DNA of 61,987 nt. Origin: an uncultured Alphaproteobacteria bacterium. Its GTDB lineage: Bacteria > Pseudomonadota > Alphaproteobacteria > RF32 > CAG-239. The position numbers were made by a program, and so were the translations under genes. The stretch covers positions 1-61,987 of the forward strand of contig CALXWB010000005.1 in the NCBI GenBank assembly GCA_944392225.1, in the 5' to 3' direction. Under the pieces are notes generated by a model, which had not been told where the DNA came from, did not search any database, and worked only from the letters and a program-made list of their open reading frames with translations. The first letter of the stretch is position 1, and every line of letters starts with the position of its first letter. Of the stretch, positions 56,886-61,987 are shown in pieces.

Positions 56886-57836
56886 ATGAAGAAAATGAAA
56901 ATTTTTAGTTGGATTACAAGAGATACAAATATTGATTTTTTGGGCGCAAGAAAGCTGACTTATGCTATCTCCGGCTTGAGTATGGCTTTGGCTATCTTTT
57001 TCATTGCCACAAAAAGCTTTAATTACGGCATTGATTTTTCCGGCGGTATTTTGATGGAAATCAAAGACGAACAGGTTATCAATTTGGACAAACTCCGCTC
57101 CGAGCTCGATGATATGGATATCGGCGAGGTTAACCTGCAAACCATCGGTGACACAGGAACCGAAGTTATGATCCGAGCACAGGCCAAAATGCTTGATGAA
57201 AAAGAACAGATGAAAGCCGTTAATGAAATCAAACAAATTTTGGGCAATGATGTTGAAATTCGTCGTGTTGAACTCGTCGGACCGCAAGTCGGTGATGAAC
57301 TCAAAAAAGACGGTGTTTTGGCTTCCATTATTGCCGTGCTCGGAATCTCTTTATATATCTGGTTCCGTTTTGAGTGGCAATTTGCCTTGGGTGCCATGCT
57401 CGGCTTGGTGCACGATATTTTTGTGACCGTCGGCTTGCTCTCTCTTTTCCAGGTTGACTTTAGTTTGACCACGGTGGCCGCCATTTTGACCTTGGCCGGT
57501 TATTCCGTCAACGATACCGTGGTAACCTATGACAGGATCAGAGAAAATCTGCACAAATATAAAACCATGTCGCAAATTCAGCTCTTGAACAAAAGCGTGA
57601 ATGACATTTTTTCAAGAACTTTGCTCACGGGTTTGACCACCTTGCTGGCCTCCATCGCCTTGCTCATTTGGGGCGGCGAAGCTTTGATGAGCTTCTCTTT
57701 CACCCTGGTTTGGGGTATCCTGATCGGAACATATTCTTCCATTTATGTTTCAACCGTTATCCTCAACTGGTTTGATTTGAGAAAAACCCTCGAAAATAAA
57801 GAAAAAGACATTAACCCCTTCGGTAATGTCGATTAA
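56886..57836 (+). CDS. secF: Protein translocase subunit SecF
   Basis: It has FNYGIDFSGG and a C-terminal TM bundle. The start is ATG at 56886 or 56895, since the track ORF begins upstream inside secD. Confidence 0.93.
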   Translation: MKKMKIFSWITRDTNIDFLGARKLTYAISGLSMALAIFFIATKSFNYGIDFSGGILMEIKDEQVINLDKLRSELDDMDIGEVNLQTIGDTGTEVMIRAQAKMLDEKEQMKAVNEIKQILGNDVEIRRVELVGPQVGDELKKDGVLASIIAVLGISLYIWFRFEWQFALGAMLGLVHDIFVTVGLLSLFQVDFSLTTVAAILTLAGYSVNDTVVTYDRIRENLHKYKTMSQIQLLNKSVNDIFSRTLLTGLTTLLASIALLIWGGEALMSFSFTLVWGILIGTYSSIYVSTVILNWFDLRKTLENKEKDINPFGNVD

Positions 57837-57842
57837 AAAATT

Positions 57843-57877
57843 TGAGCTTCCGTCTTTATGGCGGAAGCTCTTTTTTT
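57843..57877 (+). terminator. Rho-independent terminator after secF
   Basis: gagcttccg (57843-57851) pairs with cggaagctc (57861-57869) and is followed by T8. Confidence 0.85.
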
Positions 57878-58003
57878 TATGATTAATCTTCTTTTAACTT
57901 TTTGAAGGTATCATTTAAGCATTAAAATGCTTGTTTTTGATGTTGCAATTTGAATTTTTATATGCTAAGAATTTCAACACTGTTCGTATAAGGTGTTATA
58001 TCG

Positions 58004-58360
58004 ATGATTATTGATAGTAACAATAGAAAACAAAAGAGTATTTTGACAAACAAGTGCTTCTATCAAACAACCGCACAAATTATGCGCGACTTTGAAGAGA
58101 AGGGCTATGCTAATTCTGCCGATGAAACCGCAAAAGTCATTACGGCATATCATCAAATTGTCAAAAAAAAGGTCAAAAATAATTTCAGTGCCGATTATAA
58201 CGCCGCTTTCCGTCGCATTGACAATGCCATTGATACTTTGGCTAACAAAGTTTTTTATGATTGCGATAAAAAAAGCCATGATTATGCTTATCACTCTTTT
58301 GAAGAGTTTGACCATATCAATGCCATTGTGACCAGACAACGCGCTAAAAAAGGACTTTAA
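58004..58360 (+). CDS. Hypothetical protein
   Basis: The ORF is 118 aa. AAGGTG lies 8 nt upstream of the ATG, and a terminator follows directly. I prefer it over the overlapping minus-strand ORF 57974-58339. Confidence 0.5.
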   Translation: MIIDSNNRKQKSILTNKCFYQTTAQIMRDFEEKGYANSADETAKVITAYHQIVKKKVKNNFSADYNAAFRRIDNAIDTLANKVFYDCDKKSHDYAYHSFEEFDHINAIVTRQRAKKGL

Positions 58361-58363
58361 GTA

Positions 58364-58390
58364 AGACCGAAATCATCGGTCTTTTTTTTT
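58364..58390 (+). terminator. Rho-independent terminator
   Basis: agaccga (58364-58370) pairs with tcggtct (58376-58382) and is followed by a T-run. Confidence 0.8.
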
Positions 58391-58487
58391 ATGTTTTGCT
58401 TGTGAATCTTTATAAATAAGATTGAATTTTCTTTTATTCTGCGCTATTCCTAGCTTGGTTTATGAATGTTTTTTTGAGAGGTTGAAG

Positions 58488-59471
58488 ATGAAGAGAATCT
58501 CGTTGATTGGATGTGGTCGTTGGGGAACTTTTTTGGCTTGGTATGCCGCAAATTATTGCAAAGACAGAGTGAGCGGTGCCGATCTTTATGATATTCCGAC
58601 CTCGCCAAACTTTATTGAACTTCGCGACACCAGAAAAAATCCTTATTTGAGCCTCTCGGATAACATGACACTTCATGACAATATTGAAGACGTGTTGGTC
58701 AACGACAGCATTATCATCTCTATCGGTTGTCAATATTTCAGAGGATTGTGCCGCCAGCTTAATGCATATGACCTCAAAGGAAAAACTTTTCTCTTGGCAA
58801 TGAAAGGTTTGGAAGAACCAACCGCAAAAACCATGCTTGAGGTGATGAAAGAAGAAATTCCTCAAGATATTCATATTGCCATTTTGGCCGGTCCAGGACA
58901 TGTGCAAGACTATATGAAAGGTGTGCCCTCTTGTGCCGTGATTGACAGTGATGATTTTGCCACAAAAGACTATTGGATTAAGCTGATGCAAAGCAACCTC
59001 ATCCGTTTTTATTATGGTTCTGATCTTATCGGCAACCAAATCGGTGCCGCCTTAAAAAATGTTATCGGCCTGGCTGCCGGAATTTTGGACGGGTTGGAAT
59101 GGTATGGTCTGAAAGGTGCGTTAATGGCCAGAGCCCCGGTTGAGGTCGGCCGTTTGATTAAACATTTTAACGGCAACCCTCATTCTGCTTATGGTTTGGC
59201 TCATTTAGGCGATTATGAGGCGACTTTGTTTTCTAAACACAGCCATAACCGTATGTTTGGCGAAATGTTTGCCAAAGGTGAAAATTTTGGCAAGCTGGCT
59301 GAAGGCGTGCCAACATTGAAAGCCGTTAAAATTATCGCCGATAAAGAAAATATTGATATGCCGATCTGCCAGGCTCTTTATAAAGCCATTTATGAAAAAG
59401 CCGATATCAAAAGCACCATCCGAGATATGTTTAACCGCGACCTCAAACAAGAGTTTGAACATATTTGCTGA
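58488..59471 (+). CDS. gpsA: NAD(P)H-dependent glycerol-3-phosphate dehydrogenase-like protein (divergent GpsA)
   Basis: It carries ISLIGCGRWGTFLA (GxGxxG), AALKNVIGLAAGILDGL and SKHSHNRMFG. The ATG is at 58488. Confidence 0.7.
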   Translation: MKRISLIGCGRWGTFLAWYAANYCKDRVSGADLYDIPTSPNFIELRDTRKNPYLSLSDNMTLHDNIEDVLVNDSIIISIGCQYFRGLCRQLNAYDLKGKTFLLAMKGLEEPTAKTMLEVMKEEIPQDIHIAILAGPGHVQDYMKGVPSCAVIDSDDFATKDYWIKLMQSNLIRFYYGSDLIGNQIGAALKNVIGLAAGILDGLEWYGLKGALMARAPVEVGRLIKHFNGNPHSAYGLAHLGDYEATLFSKHSHNRMFGEMFAKGENFGKLAEGVPTLKAVKIIADKENIDMPICQALYKAIYEKADIKSTIRDMFNRDLKQEFEHIC

Positions 59472-59486
59472 TTTTTCCAGGCTCTT

Positions 59487-60065
59487 TTATAGCTGCGTGA
59501 CGCTCCATTGCCCATCTTCATAAACCACATGAAAAAGGGCACAGTTTTCCATACGCCCCGTGCGATATCCCAAGCCATATAACAAATAACGAATCGAGGC
59601 CCCGTGCGAGGCAATGCCGATGACATGTTCTTTGGTAGCAAGCAAGCTCTCCAAAACATGATACATGCGGTTAAATATCTGCCGTTTGCTTTCTCCTCCC
59701 GGAAACGTGATATCTAAGTTGTCCTTTTCGTCATCATACCATTGAGCATAAACTTCCGGAAATTTTTGAGCCACATCAGCTTTGAACATTCCTTCCGCCT
59801 GTCCCAAATTGGCCTCATGTAAATCTGTGATGATTTTGACTTCAACACCAAGCTCTGCCGCAACAATTTTTGCTGTTTTGAGAGCACGATGCAAACCGCT
59901 GGAATAAATTATTTGTAAATTTTTTCCGGCCAATTTTTCAATCAGCTGTTCAGCTTGTTTTGTGCCGGTTTCATTTAACTCAACATCAATGCTGCAACCT
60001 TGCCAGCGTTTTTCTTTGTTATAATCCGTTTCACCATGGCGGAAAATGTAAAAATCTTTACGCAT
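59487..60065 (-). CDS. Histidine phosphatase family protein (phosphoglycerate mutase-like)
   Basis: It has an RHGETDYN catalytic motif at the N-terminus and a later HG..IR motif. Confidence 0.85.
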   Translation of the reverse strand: MRKDFYIFRHGETDYNKEKRWQGCSIDVELNETGTKQAEQLIEKLAGKNLQIIYSSGLHRALKTAKIVAAELGVEVKIITDLHEANLGQAEGMFKADVAQKFPEVYAQWYDDEKDNLDITFPGGESKRQIFNRMYHVLESLLATKEHVIGIASHGASIRYLLYGLGYRTGRMENCALFHVVYEDGQWSVTQL

Positions 60066-60223
60066 TTTTTCTTCCTTTTTTGATTATGCTCATTGAAGCA
60101 CAAACCCCATAAAAAAACCTTAATAAACATTCTTATTTATTCTTTTATATATTTTTTCTTCTGGCTAAATTAAATATTATGCATTATATTTCTTAAAAAA
60201 TTTCAATTTGAAAGGTAATTCTC

Positions 60224-60898
60224 ATGAAAAAAATGTTTTTATCTCCTTTTTTTACCCCCTTATTTTTCCTAATTGCTTGGGGTGCCATTTTGGCTGTTGT
60301 GTTAATCTTCTTCCCGGAGCAGAAATTTGCCATCACCGTTGACGGCGCCATTATTGATATTGCCACTTATACCGGCTATGCTTTGCTCCTGTGCGGCATG
60401 CTTTATTTCTTCCGCGATTATCAAGGAAAAGCCAAACTTGATTGGCTTGTTTTCTTCTTGCTGGCTGTTTGCGCCCTGCTTCGTGAAGCCGGAATCCAAC
60501 ACCACCTTTCTTCAACAGATACAACACCTTTCAAATCAAGATTTTTCTTAAACCCCAACAACCCGCTTTCAGAAAAAATCATTTTCGGCTTGGTTTTGTT
60601 GGTGGTTTTTGGTATGCTTGCCTATTTGGCCGTAAAATATACCAAACATCTTATCACCTCTTTTTTCAAAATGAACACGGTTACATGGTCTACTGCTGTT
60701 TTGTGCTGCGATTTGGTCTTTGCCAAATTTGCCGATAGATTTCCCGGCAATTGGCGCCATGCTCATGACGGTGTTTCTTTGCCGCGTGATCAAATTGAAC
60801 TTTGGTCGCTTTTGGAAGAAAGCAGCGAGATATTTTTGCCTCTGGTAGCCCTTATCATCATGTGGCAATATCATCTCATTCACAAAAAACAAAACTAA
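60224..60898 (+). CDS. Hypothetical polytopic membrane protein
   Basis: The ORF is 224 aa with 5-6 hydrophobic segments. A terminator follows. Confidence 0.5.
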   Translation: MKKMFLSPFFTPLFFLIAWGAILAVVLIFFPEQKFAITVDGAIIDIATYTGYALLLCGMLYFFRDYQGKAKLDWLVFFLLAVCALLREAGIQHHLSSTDTTPFKSRFFLNPNNPLSEKIIFGLVLLVVFGMLAYLAVKYTKHLITSFFKMNTVTWSTAVLCCDLVFAKFADRFPGNWRHAHDGVSLPRDQIELWSLLEESSEIFLPLVALIIMWQYHLIHKKQN

Positions 60899-60931
60899 CA
60901 AAAAAAAGAGCCTTGTTTAAGGCTCTTTTTT
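60899..60931. terminator. Bidirectional terminator between 60224-60898 (+) and the NUDIX gene (-)
   Basis: agagcctt (60907-60914) pairs with aaggctct (60919-60926), flanked by A-run and T-run. Confidence 0.8.
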
Positions 60932-60948
60932 CTATCTGTCTCCGGCAA

Positions 60949-61512
60949 TCAGAGTAAGTGCTCTTCCGCCAAATATTTCCATAAAGCACAAGCATGTACA
61001 GACTGGATTATTTCTCCAGCCTGCAACAGCTCTTTTACCTCGTCGAGGCTCAACAAGTGGACGGATATATCCTCACCACCGTCAAGATGCTGCTTGCTGT
61101 CAAGCAACTCCACATCTTCGGCGATAAAGTTCCATGTCCAGTTGTTGGTTGTGCTTGGGTTGGCTGACATTTTTAAATTAAAACGCCACTTGCCGTTGCC
61201 AAAGCCGGTTTCCTCCAACAACTCTCGTTGAGCTGCAACCATCGGAGATGCATCTTCTTTATCGACACAACCTCCGCACAACTCATAATTGGTAGTGCCG
61301 GTTCCGTGACGATATTGGCGAACCATCAAAAATTTTTTATCCTTGGTAATTGCCAATATATTAACCCAATCGGGATATTCCAAAACATAATATTTTGGTA
61401 TTTCGACACCGTTTTTTAGCCGAATCCTATCTTCACGAACCGTGAACCACGGTTCCTTACTCAAATAGCGGCTGGATAATACAGTCGCTTTTTTTTCATT
61501 TTTATTTTCCAT
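60949..61512 (-). CDS. NUDIX hydrolase (ADP-ribose pyrophosphatase-like)
   Basis: It has the Nudix box GGCVDKEDASPMVAAQRELLEETGF. I moved the start to ATG 61512 (MENKNEKK), because the 36-codon track extension runs into repeat DNA. Confidence 0.85.
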   Translation of the reverse strand: MENKNEKKATVLSSRYLSKEPWFTVREDRIRLKNGVEIPKYYVLEYPDWVNILAITKDKKFLMVRQYRHGTGTTNYELCGGCVDKEDASPMVAAQRELLEETGFGNGKWRFNLKMSANPSTTNNWTWNFIAEDVELLDSKQHLDGGEDISVHLLSLDEVKELLQAGEIIQSVHACALWKYLAEEHLL

Positions 61513-61698
61513 AATATATATATAAATTAATTTGCATTTTTTATTTAACACATTTTTTATCCTGTGACAATAAAAAAATAGCCTACTCTTGGCAAGCTGA
61601 AGGCAGCTTGACCCCTTCATTTTTTTTCATTTTCCGCTGGGCTTTACTCTCGTTTTGCCCAAAGCTCACAAGTTCGATCTTGATATCCTTTCTATCAA

Positions 61699-61735
61699 TA
61701 AAAAAACAGCCTACACAAGGTAGGCTGTTTTTTTT
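61699..61735. terminator. Terminator-like hairpin inside repeat unit 1
   Basis: acagcctac (61706-61714) pairs with gtaggctgt (61720-61728), flanked by A-run and T8. Confidence 0.7.
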
Positions 61736-61845
61736 ATTGGCAAGCTGAGGCAGCTTGACCCCTTCATTTTTTTCATTTTCTGCTGGGCTTTACTCTCGTT
61801 TTGCCCAAAGCTCACAAGTTCTATCCTTGATATCCTTTCTATCAA

Positions 61846-61881
61846 TAAAAAAACAGCCTACACAAGGTAGGCTGTTTTTTT
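61846..61881. terminator. Terminator-like hairpin inside repeat unit 2, directly downstream of the minus-strand tRNA-like CCA end
   Basis: It has the same stem as unit 1 (61853-61861 / 61867-61875), flanked by A-run and T7. Confidence 0.7.
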
Positions 61882-61883
61882 AT

Positions 61884-61911
61884 TGGTGGGTATGACAAGG
61901 ATCGAACTTTT
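61884..61911 (-). other. tRNA-like 3' end (T-arm, acceptor 3' strand and CCA) with no matching 5' half in the window
   Basis: The minus strand reads aaaag-ttcgatc-cttgt-cataccc-a-cca. The next 75 nt upstream on that strand contain no segment complementary to the acceptor strand. Confidence 0.4.
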
Positions 61912-61987
61912 TCTTACTCCGTAGGGCTCGTCCCTCGCCAACTCCGTTTCGGTCACTCGTTTTTTAACCTCGCTTCGGAAAGCTCAC

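Larger units (their letters stand above)
61591..61884. repeat. Tandem direct repeat, 148 bp plus 146 bp (about 96% identical), with a decayed partial copy at 61569-61590
   Basis: Unit 1 is 61591-61738 and unit 2 is 61739-61884. Each unit has the CAAGCTG/CAGCTTG hairpin, a T-arm-like segment (caagttcgatcttg / caagttctatccttg), and a terminator hairpin. Confidence 0.85.

Noticed and set aside
57974-58339. A 121-aa minus-strand ORF overlapping the plus-strand ORF 58004-58360.
   Set aside because: The plus-strand ORF has an AAGGTG RBS and an immediately following plus-strand terminator. The minus ORF is the codon-aligned shadow and would run into the secF terminator.
61513-61620. A 36-codon N-terminal extension of the NUDIX ORF reaching into the repeat region.
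   Set aside because: The extension is translated from AT-rich promoter DNA and the edge of the tandem repeat. The internal ATG at 61512 gives a normal NUDIX N-terminus.
61569-61884. A CRISPR array or other spacer-containing repeat.
   Set aside because: There are only about 2 units of 146-148 bp. They are directly abutting with no unique spacers, and there are no cas genes. The unit size and internal terminators do not fit CRISPR.
61884-61987. Possible tmRNA (ssrA) 3' end on the minus strand, because of the T-arm plus CCA followed by a terminator.
   Set aside because: The acceptor strand cataccc-A-CCA puts C rather than U at position 70, so the universal tmRNA/tRNA-Ala G3:U70 pair is impossible. 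The T-stem is weak, and no tag-like reading frame or pseudoknot is recognisable in the available 100 nt. I kept it only as an unresolved tRNA-like fragment.

Overview
The window is a 62-kb chromosomal segment, roughly 40% GC by eye. Gene content and order look alphaproteobacterial: rseP-bamA-lpxD-fabZ, pyrH-frr-uppS-cdsA, plsY-dprA-topA, split pntAA/pntAB/pntB, a yfgM-like gene with bamB and der, and yajC-secD-secF. Several enzymes are unusually divergent, so I infer a fast-evolving, possibly host-associated lineage. I call about 55 protein-coding genes, and most are housekeeping. I see no rRNA, no complete tRNA, no CRISPR array, and no transposase, integrase or phage genes. No recognisable defence or toxin system is present, and I do not claim a complete novel system.

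The features that stand out are:
1. Two large flagellin-family paralogs lie about 24 kb apart (337-2349 and 24594-26597). Their termini are near-identical and they share a conserved leader. Their central tandem-repeat, solenoid-like cores are strongly diverged. No other flagellar gene is in the window.
2. A tightly packed sufE-sucC-sucD-comF operon has a SucD-like subunit with Tyr in place of the catalytic phosphohistidine. The SucC-like subunit has a disrupted glycine-rich loop.
3. A GlmU homolog consists of the uridyltransferase domain only.
4. A secreted, internally duplicated protein carries about 45 cysteines and two DUF1566/Lcl-like domains.
5. Structured noncoding repeats sit at both window edges and share one hairpin motif. 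At the right edge they include a 148/146-bp tandem repeat carrying terminators and an orphan tRNA-like 3' end.

All family assignments rest on motifs I recognise by eye, with no database search. Manually counted motif coordinates may be off by 1-2 nt.
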